A DNA stretch of 64,000 bases from an uncultured Bacteroidales bacterium (GTDB taxonomy: Bacteria; Bacteroidota; Bacteroidia; Bacteroidales; JAADJA01): contig CAWJBC010000002.1 in the NCBI GenBank assembly GCA_963840975.1, forward strand, positions 580,253 to 644,252. The letters are read 5' to 3'. This document shows, piece by piece, positions 20,322 to 31,652 of the stretch; within the stretch, counting starts at the first letter, position 1; each line of letters opens with the position of its first letter. The notes beneath the pieces are model-generated. The model was not told the origin of the DNA. It made no database searches and worked only from the letters and a program-made list of their open reading frames with translations. The position numbers were made by a program, and so were the translations under genes.

Positions 20322-21398
20322 ATGGATAAAATAAGATTGTCAAAGTTGCCTAATGAGTTGTTCGGAAAAATAGCAGACTTGCTCAATGAATCAAGAAGAT
20401 TTGTTGTTAGAAGTGTTAACCAGGCAATTGTCTTTACCTATTTTGAAATTGGCAAATTAATAGTCGAAGATGAACAGCAAGGCAAGGATCGTGCTGAATA
20501 CGGGAAATCTGTTTTAAAGGAACTTTCACGTAAACTTACTTTAGAATTTGAGAAAGGGTATTCGGTTTACAACCTCGAAAGAATGCGTAATTTTTACCTT
20601 GTCTTTAAAAACCGGATTATTGAAACGGAAAAATCCTCATCACTGATGCGGAAATCCGAAGATGAAATTTCCGCAACACTGTTGCGGAAATTTGAAGAGG
20701 TCTTTAAACTAAGCTGGTCACATTACATTCAGCTACTTAAAATAGAAAACGAAGAGGAAAGAAATTTTTATGAAATTGAAGCAGCAGACAACAATTGGTC
20801 AGTTCGTGAATTGGAAAGACAATTTGACTCATCGCTTTATGAACGGTTAGTTTTAAGCAGAGATAAAGAAGCTGTAAAAGAACTTAGTAAAAAAGGTCAG
20901 TTAATCAGCAAACCAAGTGATACAATTAAAGAACCTTACGTACTGGACTTTTTAGGACTTGAAGAAAAGTCAAAATATACAGAATCAGACCTTGAAACAG
21001 CCATTATAAGCAAATTGGAATATTTCCTGACAGAATTGGGAAAAGGCTTTTTGTTTGTTAGCAGACAACAAAGAATTACAATTGAAGCTGAGCATTTCTA
21101 TGTAGATTTGGTTTTCTATAACCGTCTTCTGCAATGTTTTGTACTGATAGATCTAAAAATCGGAAAACTAAAACATCAGGATTTAGGACAAATGCAGATG
21201 TATGTCAACTACTACGATGAATTCAAAAAGACCAACGAAGAAAATCCCACAATAGGAATCGTTCTTTGTAAACAGAAAAATGAAACTTTGGTAAGAATAA
21301 CCTTGCCAAAAGAAAACCAACAAATTTTTACAAGTAAGTACCTAACAGTATTACCAAGCAAAGAAGAATTGAAACAACTGATAGAAAATAAAGAATAA
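20322..21398 (+). CDS. YhcG-like PD-(D/E)XK nuclease-domain protein (DUF1016)
   Basis: N-terminal helical region 'YFEIGKLIVEDEQ.GKDRAEYG' and a C-terminal 'YVDLVFYN...VLIDLKIGKL' PD-(D/E)XK core. Confidence 0.75.
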   Translation: MDKIRLSKLPNELFGKIADLLNESRRFVVRSVNQAIVFTYFEIGKLIVEDEQQGKDRAEYGKSVLKELSRKLTLEFEKGYSVYNLERMRNFYLVFKNRIIETEKSSSLMRKSEDEISATLLRKFEEVFKLSWSHYIQLLKIENEEERNFYEIEAADNNWSVRELERQFDSSLYERLVLSRDKEAVKELSKKGQLISKPSDTIKEPYVLDFLGLEEKSKYTESDLETAIISKLEYFLTELGKGFLFVSRQQRITIEAEHFYVDLVFYNRLLQCFVLIDLKIGKLKHQDLGQMQMYVNYYDEFKKTNEENPTIGIVLCKQKNETLVRITLPKENQQIFTSKYLTVLPSKEELKQLIENKE

Positions 21399-21468
21399 AG
21401 ATGTCATCTACCGTACGCACGAAGACCCAGCAATGCCCAAAGCCACTATTTTTTATCAATTTATAGTT

Positions 21469-22659
21469 TTATTCTTTTATCGCCTTCACTCCCGGAAGTT
21501 CTTTTCCTTCGATGTATTCAAGCATGGCGCCACCACCGGTGGAAACATAACTGACCTTGTCCTTCAGATGATATTTGTTGATGGCTGCAACCGAATCGCC
21601 TCCACCAATGAGTGAAAAAGCTCCTTTTTGTGTAGCTTTTGCAACCGCTTCGGCAATGGCTTTTGTTCCAGCAGCGAAATTATCCATTTCAAAAACACCC
21701 ATCGGTCCGTTCCATAAAATGGTTTTTGAGTTTTCAATCACCTCTGTGAATTTCTTTATGGTTGCAGGCCCTATATCCAACCCCATCCAGTTTTCAGGAA
21801 TCTCATTGGCTTCGGCTATTTTCTTTTGTGCAGCGTTGTCGAATTTATCAGCAATGACTGCATCGGTCGGAAGGTAAAAATTAACACCTAATTCCTTTGC
21901 TCCTTCAACTGTATTTAATGCCAGCTCTAATAGTTCGTCCTCAACAAGCGATTTACCGACCTCACCACCCTGCGCCGAAATGAAAGTGAACATCATGCCA
22001 CCGCCTACGATCAGGTTATCTACTTTGCTCAAAAGATTGTTTATGATTTCGATCTTCCCCGAAACCTTGGCGCCACCAAGTATTGCGGTAAAGGGTTTTT
22101 GACCTTCATGAAGAACCTTGTCAATACTTTTCACTTCGTTTTCCATGATGTACCCGAACATTTTATCGTTCGGGAAATATTTTGCGATAATGGCAGTGGA
22201 GGCATGTGCACGGTGAGCCGTACCAAAGGCATCGTTCATATAAACATCACCTAGGGCTGCGAGTTTTTTCGTAAAAACATCATCACCTTTTTCTTCCTCT
22301 TTGTAGAATCTAAGATTTTCGAGCAGTAAAACTTCGCCCGGTTGCAATCCGCCGGCAAGGGTAACGGCAGAATTTCCGATACAGTCATCGGCAAATTTGA
22401 CCGAAAGACCCAGTTTTTCCGAAAGGTAGCCATGAATATGTTTTAATGAATATTTTGTTGTCGGCCCCTCCTTGGGTCTTCCAAGATGCGACATGAGGAT
22501 AGCAGAGCCACCTCCCGCAAGAATTTTATTTATCGTTGGGATGGCAGCGTCAATCCTGCTGGTATCGGTAATTTCAAATTTTTCATTCAGCGGAACATTA
22601 AAATCTACCCTGATGAGTACCTTTTTTCCTTTAAAGTTATAACTATCAATGTTTTTCAT
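21469..22659 (-). CDS. pgk: Phosphoglycerate kinase
   Basis: '[10 protein letters not shown]', 'SHLGRPK' and 'GGGDS' motifs over the full length. Confidence 0.95.
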   Translation of the reverse strand: MKNIDSYNFKGKKVLIRVDFNVPLNEKFEITDTSRIDAAIPTINKILAGGGSAILMSHLGRPKEGPTTKYSLKHIHGYLSEKLGLSVKFADDCIGNSAVTLAGGLQPGEVLLLENLRFYKEEEKGDDVFTKKLAALGDVYMNDAFGTAHRAHASTAIIAKYFPNDKMFGYIMENEVKSIDKVLHEGQKPFTAILGGAKVSGKIEIINNLLSKVDNLIVGGGMMFTFISAQGGEVGKSLVEDELLELALNTVEGAKELGVNFYLPTDAVIADKFDNAAQKKIAEANEIPENWMGLDIGPATIKKFTEVIENSKTILWNGPMGVFEMDNFAAGTKAIAEAVAKATQKGAFSLIGGGDSVAAINKYHLKDKVSYVSTGGGAMLEYIEGKELPGVKAIKE

Positions 22660-22849
22660 TTGGTTAAAATTATTTAATTTTTACTTTATTCAAAATTTTG
22701 CCGTTCTTATTTTAAACAATTACAGCCATTCATTATATTCAATATCAAGCCTGACTGTAAATTTGTTTTTGAACAGTCAAAAATACTCAAAAAAGAAATT
22801 CGTTTTTAAATCGCTATTTTTACACGGCAATAAAATAAAATCTTGATGT

Positions 22850-24004
22850 ATGCAATTTAAAGGAACGATAAAAACCAAAATGCCTAGGCAAAAAACTTCT
22901 ATTTTCGCAACTATGTCGGCGCTTGCACTTGAGCATAATGCCATCAACCTTTCACAGGGGTTTCCGGATTTTGAAATTTCATCTCAACTCATTGACCTTG
23001 TTCATAAATATATGCAGGAAGGAAAAAATCAATATGCTCCAATGACAGGTATTCCGGAACTCAGAGAGCAAATTTCCCGCAAGGTTGAATCGCTTTACGG
23101 AACAAAATATGATTTTCAAAAAGAGATCAATATTACCGCAGGCGCAACCCAGGCATTGCATACCGCTATTGCTGCCACCATCAGCGAGGCAGATGAAGTA
23201 ATTGTTTTTGAACCGGCTTATGATTCGTATGTTCCGGTTGTTAAAATGCAGGGTGGCATAGTAAAATTCGCACAACTGAAAGCTCCTGATTATCATATTG
23301 ACTGGAATGAGGTGAAGAAGCTGATCACCAGCCGGACAAGAATGATCATCATTAACTCGCCGCACAATCCGACAGGCAGTATATTGAGAGAGGATGATCT
23401 GAAAATGCTGGATAAACTTACCCGAAATAGCGACATCATTATCCTGAGCGATGAAGTCTACGAACACCTGATTTTTGATGGTTTCCGGCACGAGAGTGTC
23501 TGCCGTTATCCCGAATTGGTTCAGCGTTCGTTCGTGGTCGGCTCTTTTGGAAAAACGTTTCATGCAACCGGATGGAAATTAGGTTATGTTCTTGCACCGG
23601 AAAACATGATGGAGGAGTTCAGAAAAGTGCACCAGTTTGTTGTTTTTGCATGCAATACGCCCATTCAATATGCCATTGCCGAATACATGAATGACAAAAG
23701 CGTTTACATGGATCTTAATATTTTTTACCAGGAAAAAAGGGACCATTTTGTCAATCTCATCAAAAAATCAAAATTTAAGATCATTCCTTCCTATGGAACC
23801 TATTTTCAATTGCTCGATTTCAACGGGATCACCAGTGAATCTGAAATTGATTTTGCAACCCGTATGACCAAAGAATTCGGGCTGGCATCTATTCCAGTTT
23901 CGGTTTTCTATAATAAGAATACTGATAATAAGGTTCTCCGATTTTGTTTTGCAAAAAAAGAAGAAACCCTAAACAAAGCAGCAGAAATTTTATGCAGGAT
24001 TTAA
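22850..24004 (+). CDS. Class I/II PLP-dependent aminotransferase (methionine aminotransferase YbdL-like)
   Basis: 'INLSQGFPDF', 'NSPHNPTG' and 'SFGKTF' (PLP Lys) motifs. Confidence 0.85.
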   Translation: MQFKGTIKTKMPRQKTSIFATMSALALEHNAINLSQGFPDFEISSQLIDLVHKYMQEGKNQYAPMTGIPELREQISRKVESLYGTKYDFQKEINITAGATQALHTAIAATISEADEVIVFEPAYDSYVPVVKMQGGIVKFAQLKAPDYHIDWNEVKKLITSRTRMIIINSPHNPTGSILREDDLKMLDKLTRNSDIIILSDEVYEHLIFDGFRHESVCRYPELVQRSFVVGSFGKTFHATGWKLGYVLAPENMMEEFRKVHQFVVFACNTPIQYAIAEYMNDKSVYMDLNIFYQEKRDHFVNLIKKSKFKIIPSYGTYFQLLDFNGITSESEIDFATRMTKEFGLASIPVSVFYNKNTDNKVLRFCFAKKEETLNKAAEILCRI

Positions 24005-24783
24005 AAATTGATATTATTCAATCCGATCTTATTTGGGAGGATATCGGGCAAAACCTGAAAAATTTTGACAGGAAAATTGCTCAGGTTTCAGAAGCTACAG
24101 ATGTAATCATTTTGCCCGAAATGTTCAGTACGGGTTTTACGCTGAATGTAAATAAATGCGCTGAAACCGAAGATGGCATCGCTGTGAAGTGGTTGAAACG
24201 GAAAGCGATGGAGAAAAAATGCGTTTTAGCCGGAAGTTTGCTGATTACGGACAAAGGCAAATTCTATAACCGGTTTTTCTGGATGAAGCCTGACGGCAAT
24301 TATGAAACGTATGTTAAAAGGCATCTGTATAGAATGGGCGATGAACACTTAACAATGTCGGCGGGAGTGGAGCGAAAAATTGTGGAATTGAAAAATTGGA
24401 AATTCAATCTGCAAATATGTTACGACTTAAGGTTTCCGGTTTGGAGTAAAAACAATTACACAGCAGGGCACCATGCTTATGATGCGTTAATTTATGTAGC
24501 CAATTGGCCTGAAGTGAGAAACTATGCCTATAAATCTCTTTTAGTAGCTCGCGCAATCGAAAATCAGTCGTTTGTAATTTGGGTAAACAGAGTGGGAAAC
24601 GACAACAATCAATTCTTTCATTCAGGTGACTCGATGGTGGTTGATCCCTTCGGTAAAATTATCGCTCAGGCGGGCTCCGGGAAAGAAGAAAATCATTCGG
24701 TCGTCTTGTCCGGTCAATTGCTTGAAAATTTCAGAGCCAAATTTAAAGTGGGACTTGACTGGGATAACTTTTCGGTTCAATGA
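23992..24783 (+). CDS. Carbon-nitrogen hydrolase (nitrilase superfamily, omega-amidase YafV-like)
   Basis: I prefer the internal ATG (MQDLKIDIIQ) as start, giving a 13-nt overlap with the upstream gene. 'LPEMF', 'ICYDLRFP' (catalytic Cys) and 'ARAIENQ' are present. Confidence 0.8.
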   Translation: MQDLKIDIIQSDLIWEDIGQNLKNFDRKIAQVSEATDVIILPEMFSTGFTLNVNKCAETEDGIAVKWLKRKAMEKKCVLAGSLLITDKGKFYNRFFWMKPDGNYETYVKRHLYRMGDEHLTMSAGVERKIVELKNWKFNLQICYDLRFPVWSKNNYTAGHHAYDALIYVANWPEVRNYAYKSLLVARAIENQSFVIWVNRVGNDNNQFFHSGDSMVVDPFGKIIAQAGSGKEENHSVVLSGQLLENFRAKFKVGLDWDNFSVQ

Positions 24784-24926
24784 TGATCCGGAAACATTAT
24801 TTGTTAATTGTTTCAGGTTGTGAAAATTATTAAGAATCTCCGATTTGGCTTATTATGGAAAAGTTAAAATTGGTTTATTAATATTTATGCGTTTATTTCG
24901 CAAACTGAAAATAAAAACGTTAGCAA

Positions 24927-26267
24927 ATGAATATCATAATAGCGGGTGATGGCGAAGTTGGTTTTCATCTTGCAAAAATGCTTCATGATGAAAATCACAA
25001 TATAACCATTGTTGATCCCCATGAAGACTTGCTGAAGATGCTGGAATCCCATTCCGACATACTTACTATTACCGGCAATTCTACTTCTCTTTCGGTACTT
25101 AACAGGACAAAAGTCCATAAGGCTGATCTAATGATTTCGGTTTTACATGATGAGCAAACCAATCTTGTTACATGCATCCTCGCAAAAAAATTAGGCGCCA
25201 AAAGAACGATTGCCAGGATAAACAATACTGAATATCTGTTACCCAATGTAAGGGAATTGTTTACGACTATGGGTATTGATGAATTGGTTTGCCCTGAAAG
25301 CATTGCGGCAGATGAAATCATTGCACTCCTGAAACAAACAGCTGCGACAGAAATTTATAACTTTTCGCACGGAAGATTGTCCCTGTTTTTGATAAAGTTA
25401 AATGAAAAAGCACTTGTTATCAATAAAACCCTGAATGACATAGCTAAAGAAAATCCCATGCTAGATTTCAGGGCGGTGGCAATACACAGAAACTCACAAA
25501 CCATTATCCCCAGAGGTGATGATATTTTCAAGGTGAACGATCTGGCTTATGTAATTACAAAACCTGACGGAATAGCTACTTTGCTGAGGCTTGGCGGAAA
25601 AGAGAGGATTGAGATCAGGGATGTTTTTATTGTTGGGGGCGGGAGGATAGGAAGAAAAACAACCCAAAGGCTGGAAAAAAATTTGACAATTAAGCTTTTT
25701 GAAATTGACAAAGCAAGAAGCCGCCTTCTTGCCAATGAACTTAAAAGAGCGATGGTCATCAATGGAGATGCAAGGGATATTGAACTACTCAAAGAAGAAG
25801 GTATCAGCGAAACGGATGCTTTTATTGCAGTAACCAATAACTCGGAAACAAATATCCTGACCTGTCTTCATGCCACAAAATTAGGCGTTAAAAGGACCAT
25901 TGCGCTCGTTGAGAACATTGACTATATTGACCTTTCACAAAATATCGGAATTGACACCATCATCAATAAAAAACTGATTACTGCCAGCTATATCGCCCGT
26001 TTTACAATGGATGCCGAGGTTACTTCCATCAAATGCCTGAGTGGAATTGATGCTGAGGTGCTTGAGTTTGTTGTAAAAGCCAATTCAAAGGTTACAAAAA
26101 AACCCATTAAAAAGATAGATATACCCAATGGTGCAATCATAGGTGGTATTGTCAGGGGTAAAAACAGCTATATTGCGATAGGCGACTTTCAGATAGAGGA
26201 AAACGACAAAGTGGTCGTATTTGCTATGCCCAAAGCCATTCACAAGGTTGACAAATTGTTTAATTGA
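24927..26267 (+). CDS. trkA: Trk potassium uptake system NAD-binding subunit
   Basis: Two RCK_N/RCK_C repeats. 'MNIIIAGDGEVGFHLA' and 'VFIVGGGRIG' Rossmann motifs. Confidence 0.9.
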   Translation: MNIIIAGDGEVGFHLAKMLHDENHNITIVDPHEDLLKMLESHSDILTITGNSTSLSVLNRTKVHKADLMISVLHDEQTNLVTCILAKKLGAKRTIARINNTEYLLPNVRELFTTMGIDELVCPESIAADEIIALLKQTAATEIYNFSHGRLSLFLIKLNEKALVINKTLNDIAKENPMLDFRAVAIHRNSQTIIPRGDDIFKVNDLAYVITKPDGIATLLRLGGKERIEIRDVFIVGGGRIGRKTTQRLEKNLTIKLFEIDKARSRLLANELKRAMVINGDARDIELLKEEGISETDAFIAVTNNSETNILTCLHATKLGVKRTIALVENIDYIDLSQNIGIDTIINKKLITASYIARFTMDAEVTSIKCLSGIDAEVLEFVVKANSKVTKKPIKKIDIPNGAIIGGIVRGKNSYIAIGDFQIEENDKVVVFAMPKAIHKVDKLFN

Positions 26268-26285
26268 TTTCTATTTCTGTTTGAT

Positions 26286-27746
26286 ATGTCAACCATCTCT
26301 AAAATCAACAAACAAATAATCCTTCATATTCTTGGATTTTTATTGATGATAGAGGGTTTGTTGATGTTGTCGGGTATACCCTTTTCCCTTTATTATTGTG
26401 AAACGAAATGCCATAGCCTGCTTTATAGCGGCATTATAACTTCAGGTATCGGATTGATAACCTGGTTCTTTACCCGAAAAGCCAGCCGGAACTTTGGCAA
26501 ACGGGAAGGATATATAATTGTTGCGGTGTCATGGTTAGTCATTACTATCTTTGGAACTTTGCCTTACCTTCTAAGCGGTGTCATTTCCGATTTTACAAAT
26601 GCTTTTTTTGAAACCATGTCGGGGTTCACCACCACCGGAGCAACGATTTTAACCGACATTGAAGCCGTTCCCAGGGGCTTGCTTTTTTGGAGAAGCATGA
26701 CCCATTGGATAGGAGGAATGGGAATTATTGTACTTTCGGTTGCCATTATGCCCCTTTTGGGAATAGGCGGGATGCAGTTATTTATTGCTGAAATGCCGGG
26801 AGTTACGCTCGACAAACTTCACCCCAGGATTACCCAGACCGCTAAAAGATTGTGGATTATTTATGTCATGCTGACGATTGCCCAAACGGTATTATTAATG
26901 TTTGGCGGTATGAGTTTTTTTGATTCATTGTGCCATACGTTTGCCACTATGTCAACCGGTGGGTTTTCGACCCGGAACACAAGCGTAGCAGGATTCTCAC
27001 CATACATTCAGTATATCATCATCCTGTTTATGATTTTAGCTGGTACTAATTTCACCCTGCATTACTTAGCACTAAATGGTCGAATTCGGGAAATATGGAG
27101 AAATGAAGAATTCAGGTATTACATACTTTTTACCGTAGGGTTTTCCATTTTGACAGGGATATTGTTGATTATCCTTGGCGGTTCGGGTGTTGAAAAAACT
27201 TTCAGGGACGCAATGTTTCAGGTTGTTTCTATTGTGACGACCACCGGCTTTGTTACCTCAGATTACTTAATGTGGCCCGGGCAACTCTGGATCATTATTT
27301 TTCTGCTTATGTTTATTGGCGGAAGCGCAGGTTCAACCGGTGGCGGAATCAAAATAGCGCGGCAGGTATTGCTTCTCAAGAACAGTGCACTCGAATTTAA
27401 AAGGATCATTCATCCGCAAGCCATCATCCCGGTAAAGTTTAACGGGAAGGCTGTTTCGCCTGAAATTATTCATATAGTCGTAGCATTTTTTCTTTTTTAC
27501 CTGCTTACTTTTTTTGCCGGTACTTTTATTATGACTTTAATAGGGCTTGATTTTGAAACCGCTATCGGCGCTACTATAGCATCTCTCGGTAATATCGGAC
27601 CTGGTTTGGGCGCTGTGGGACCTGTTGAAAACTATTCGGCTTTACCGGCATTGGCCAAATGGACCTGTTCCTTTTTAATGATGTTAGGTCGGCTTGAACT
27701 TTTTACGGTGATGATTTTATTTTCAGCTTCATTTTGGAAAAAATAG
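26286..27746 (+). CDS. trkH: TrkH-family potassium transporter
   Basis: Polytopic protein with repeated 'TTTG'/'STGG'/'GSTGGG' selectivity-filter-like motifs. Lies next to trkA. Confidence 0.9.
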   Translation: MSTISKINKQIILHILGFLLMIEGLLMLSGIPFSLYYCETKCHSLLYSGIITSGIGLITWFFTRKASRNFGKREGYIIVAVSWLVITIFGTLPYLLSGVISDFTNAFFETMSGFTTTGATILTDIEAVPRGLLFWRSMTHWIGGMGIIVLSVAIMPLLGIGGMQLFIAEMPGVTLDKLHPRITQTAKRLWIIYVMLTIAQTVLLMFGGMSFFDSLCHTFATMSTGGFSTRNTSVAGFSPYIQYIIILFMILAGTNFTLHYLALNGRIREIWRNEEFRYYILFTVGFSILTGILLIILGGSGVEKTFRDAMFQVVSIVTTTGFVTSDYLMWPGQLWIIIFLLMFIGGSAGSTGGGIKIARQVLLLKNSALEFKRIIHPQAIIPVKFNGKAVSPEIIHIVVAFFLFYLLTFFAGTFIMTLIGLDFETAIGATIASLGNIGPGLGAVGPVENYSALPALAKWTCSFLMMLGRLELFTVMILFSASFWKK

Positions 27747-27757
27747 AAATGGAGCCA

Positions 27758-28997
27758 TCAAATATGCTTCGCTACATTATCCATTATAAGAGTTGTGGCT
27801 CCGCAGTTTTCTTCCACAAAATCTTTACAAACACCCGAAACAATTTGATAAAATTCCTGATCTGTTAACAGCCGGTTTAAAATATTATCAAACTCCTTCT
27901 CACTTTTTATGGTAAAAGCGCCTCCCTTTTCAATCAGATCAACGGCTTCCCTGAATTTATGAAAATTAGGACCGAAAATTACGGGCTTTCCAAAAGTTAC
28001 CGCCTCCAAAATATTATGGATTGCCTTTCCGAAACCACCTCCGATAAATGCAACATCGCAATACTGATAGAGTGATGATAAAAATCCCATGCCATCAATG
28101 ATTAAGAATTTGGCTTGCAGAATGTTCTTTTCGTCAGCCATTGAGTAGCGCAATGTTTGGTTTTTACCGAAACGGTTTTCAATTGCCGATATGTGTTCTT
28201 CATGAATCTCATGGGGCGCAATTATTATTTTGATATTTCCCTGAAGGGTCGGTAGTTTTTGGATCAACTCTTCGTCCGGTTGCCAACTGCTGCCAGCCAG
28301 CAAAATTTTATAGCCGGCGGTAAATTTTTCGATCAGGGGGAAAGACTTTTTATTTCGGGCTATATCTACAACCCTGTCAAAACGGGTGTCGCCGCCAATG
28401 ACTACCTGCTCAATACCGATGGATTTCAGCAAGTCCATTGATTGATTGTTTTGTACAAAGAAAAAAGTGATTTTTTTCAGCATCTTCCTGAACCATCCTC
28501 CGTACCATTTGAAAAAATGCTGTTCTGGCCTGAAAATAGAGGATATATAGAATATTGGTATTTGCTTTTGATGAAGAACATCAATGTAATTGAACCAAAA
28601 TTCATATTTCACAAAAATGGCGAAGCCGCGGTTTCGTAAGCTGGATGAATTGTTCAGCGTTTTTCCTGCTATCCATAGGAAGATAAAAGATATAATCAGC
28701 CCCGTCGTAATTTTTACGGATCTCATAACCCGAAGGAGAAAAAAAGGTGAGCATGATTTTAAAGGAAGGATATTTTTTTCTGAAGGCTTCCATAACCGGG
28801 CGTCCCTGCTCAAATTCTCCCAGCGAAGCCGCATGAAACCAGACAAGACTATCCTTATTATTCCCCGTTTCCTGATGCAATCTTTCAAACAGATTTTTTC
28901 TGCCATTTACCCACAGCCTTGCCTTACTGTTAAATAAGGCAGCAATTTTGATCAGCAGGTGGTAAGCGGATATGGTAAAATTATAAAGGATTGACAT
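27758..28997 (-). pseudogene. waaA: 3-deoxy-D-manno-octulosonic acid (Kdo) transferase, frame broken once (possible artefact)
   Basis: The N-terminal ORF (28602-28997) contains 'WFHAASLGEFEQGRPV'. The protein continues in the other frame as 'FAIFVKYEFWFNY...GGDTRFD...GGSF'-like sequence. The junction is near 28620-28640. Confidence 0.85.
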
Positions 28998-29039
28998 CGG
29001 TCTTTGGTTTTCAGTTTGGCTAGATCAAATATGAAAAGT

Positions 29040-29796
29040 TTAATAGTAATAATATTTTTCGGGCATTCGCTTAAACAACGGAACAATCCAACCTATTTTA
29101 ATTCCATATAAAACATCAAATCTGTTTTGCAGTTCATCCGGTAGCCCCGTGTCGAAGTTTACATCTCTTTTTGGTTTTGTCCATGCCTGATTTATTTCAA
29201 AGCCCAAATAAAAATTTAGCAATTTGCTGTTGCTTAGGTAGGTATATCCTACAAATTCACTGAGACCAAAACCTCCTGCAAGCCGGTCGTATCCTTTTTT
29301 ATAGTCATCCAAAAGTTGGGGAGCTGTATTTTCCGCCACCTCAATCCTTATTTTATGTTGAAGGTATCCCAGGCTTCCGATGAGGGTTATACCTGAATTC
29401 GGATTCGGGCTGAGGACAGGAATCAATTTCCCAATCCTTGCAGAAATGTAATACCCCCTTTCATAAATCGAGTAGCTTGCATAGTTTCCGGCCATATTGA
29501 TGATGGCGCCATCAGATGTTTTTAAGGTTTCCCATGATCTGATCAGCCACCTTTACATCTCCTCCAAACAAAAAATTGAACTCTGCTCCAATTATCCAGT
29601 TTTGATTAGTTTTCCATAAAAAACCACCGCCAAGACTCGAATTGTTGCCAAACCGGTCAGCCATGTCGCCGCCCGGTAACTGGTAAGAATAGGTTGCATA
29701 GAACATCGGAATGCTAAGCGTGGTGTCGGAAATATCCATTTGGCTTCTAAGCCCAGTCGCAGCGAAGATTAAAAGAAATAAAATGCGAAATCTCAT
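29040..29796 (-). pseudogene. Outer-membrane beta-barrel-like protein, frame broken once
   Basis: The signal-peptide ORF (29512-29796) and ORF 29040-29495 join if one base is removed from the 5-nt homopolymer at 29519-23. The sequence shows an alternating beta-strand pattern and ends in Y-Y-Y. Confidence 0.5.
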
Positions 29797-29884
29797 CGAA
29801 CTTTAAAATATTGTGGCAAATATATGAAACTATATGTTTATGCTTGTGTAAATTTGCGACGTGCTTAACAGTGAACTTAACATT

Positions 29885-30853
29885 ATGAGGTCATTAATAA
29901 TTTTCGGAAGGTATTTCTTTGTTGTCGTATTAATTGTATTTTTTTCGGTTAAAGGGGCTGTTTCACAGGATGAGGATGATGCCACATGGTGGAACGAAAC
30001 CCATCACTGGGATGGAATTACTTCGTGGACGCAGTACATTATTTACTCACCATATTATCTGGGACCAAATGCTTTACCGGTTCCGTTTTCTCAAAAAGGC
30101 AGGGTGAAAGACCGGTTTGAGTTGAGAATGGACCTTGAGGGTCATTTCAGTAATGGCGATAATACACAGGATATTTTTATTGATTGCTATTTACCTATTG
30201 TGAAAAACAAGATAGCTGTTGAGTTCTATGGTGTTCCGGTTGAACATTATAAAATGGATGAACCCACCGTTATTGAGCGCAGGGCAAGAAACAGAAGCGG
30301 TGAGGGTTATGCAGCCGGTGATTTTTATTTCAGTACTATTTTTCAGGTTATAAAAGACAAAAAAATGCCGGATGTAGCCCTAAGAATGGCTTGTAAAACG
30401 GCCTCCGGGGCAAAACTAAGTGATGCAAGATACACCGATGCTCCCGGCTATTTTTTCGATTTGTCATTGGGTAAAGACTTTTTATTTGCCGATAAGTTCA
30501 TCCAAAAAATCCGGCTTCACGGCATGATTGGCTTTTATTCTTGGCAAATGAACCTTCCCGAAAATCCGCAAAATGATGCTATCCTTTATGGCGCGGGGTT
30601 GGATTTATCGTTTTCAGGTTTTTGCATCAACAATTCCCTGGAGGGATACACAGGATATTTTGGAAAAGAGTTGGTAGTGGTAACCGACAAGGAAGACCCG
30701 GTATCATTCAATGACCGACCGATCATTTACAGGTTGGACCTTTTAAAACAAACGGATCATTTTGATTTTGGATTGGGATATCAGTTGGGTGTAAAAGATT
30801 TACTTTATCAGACTTTCAAGGTCTCATTAATTTATCATTTCTCCAATCAATAA
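29885..30853 (+). CDS. Hypothetical secreted/outer-membrane protein
   Basis: The internal Met 'MRSLIIFGRYFFVVVLIVFF' is signal/anchor-like. The sequence is aromatic-rich and beta-strand-like. I recognise no family. Confidence 0.45.
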   Translation: MRSLIIFGRYFFVVVLIVFFSVKGAVSQDEDDATWWNETHHWDGITSWTQYIIYSPYYLGPNALPVPFSQKGRVKDRFELRMDLEGHFSNGDNTQDIFIDCYLPIVKNKIAVEFYGVPVEHYKMDEPTVIERRARNRSGEGYAAGDFYFSTIFQVIKDKKMPDVALRMACKTASGAKLSDARYTDAPGYFFDLSLGKDFLFADKFIQKIRLHGMIGFYSWQMNLPENPQNDAILYGAGLDLSFSGFCINNSLEGYTGYFGKELVVVTDKEDPVSFNDRPIIYRLDLLKQTDHFDFGLGYQLGVKDLLYQTFKVSLIYHFSNQ

Positions 30854-30898
30854 GGCTACCACACTATTGTTAATAAAATAACAATCTTTTCTGGCATC

Positions 30899-30928
30899 TT
30901 TGCAAATTCCGATATTTAACTAACTTTG
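30899..30928 (+). promoter_or_regulatory. Candidate Bacteroidota promoter (-33 TTTG, 18-nt spacer, -7 TAACTTTG)
   Basis: TTTG at 30899-30902 and TAnnTTTG at 30921-30928, about 100 nt upstream of the first polysaccharide gene. Confidence 0.4.
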
Positions 30929-31032
30929 CGCCCCTGATGGGTGGAAAATAAAAGGAATCAGTTTTGTGCAACAGCAAAGGAAATGATCAAACAGAACCAA
31001 TGGATTCAAAAGAAAAAAGGTTATAATAAATA

Positions 31033-31641
31033 ATGATAAACATCTACATGGAAAAAAAATATTTTGTTCACGAAAGCGCTTATGTTGACGACAACGTAGA
31101 TATAGATGATGGAACCAAAGTCTGGCATTTTTCGCACATACAATCCGGATCGAAACTCGGAAAAAATTGTTCGATAGGTCAAAATGTAAATGTCGGCAAC
31201 AATGTCAGGATTGGTAATCACGTTAAGATTCAAAATAATGTTTCGGTTTACGAAGGCGTGGAGCTTGAAGATTATGTTTTTTGCGGACCGTCGATGGTTT
31301 TTACAAATATATTAAACCCCAGAAGTGAATTTCCTCAGCGTGGTTCTGAATTTTATCTCAAAACAGTTGTCAAAAAAAGCGCATCACTGGGTGCCAATTG
31401 CACCATTGTTTGCGGTCATTCGATAGGAAAATATGCTTTTGTGGGCGCCGGCTCTGTTGTCACAAAAGAGGTTCCTGACTATGCCATGGTTTTTGGAAAT
31501 CCCGCAAGGTTAAAGGGTTGGGTATGTGCGTGCGGCAACAGGCTGGAGTTGTCGGTTGATGAAAAATCAGAGGAAAAAGCTATATGCAATAAATGCGACA
31601 GAAATTATAGTAAAAAAGGAAGTATTGTTGAACAGATTTAA
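31033..31641 (+). CDS. Left-handed beta-helix N-acetyltransferase, WbpD-like (UDP-2-acetamido-3-amino-2,3-dideoxy-hexuronate N-acetyltransferase)
   Basis: Hexapeptide repeats 'IGQNVNVGNNVRIGNHVKIQNNVSV' and the 'FGNPARLKGWVCACG' tail. An alternative start is the Met at 31048. The gene lies next to a DegT aminotransferase. Confidence 0.8.
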   Translation: MINIYMEKKYFVHESAYVDDNVDIDDGTKVWHFSHIQSGSKLGKNCSIGQNVNVGNNVRIGNHVKIQNNVSVYEGVELEDYVFCGPSMVFTNILNPRSEFPQRGSEFYLKTVVKKSASLGANCTIVCGHSIGKYAFVGAGSVVTKEVPDYAMVFGNPARLKGWVCACGNRLELSVDEKSEEKAICNKCDRNYSKKGSIVEQI

Positions 31642-31652
31642 TCATTAAGAAA

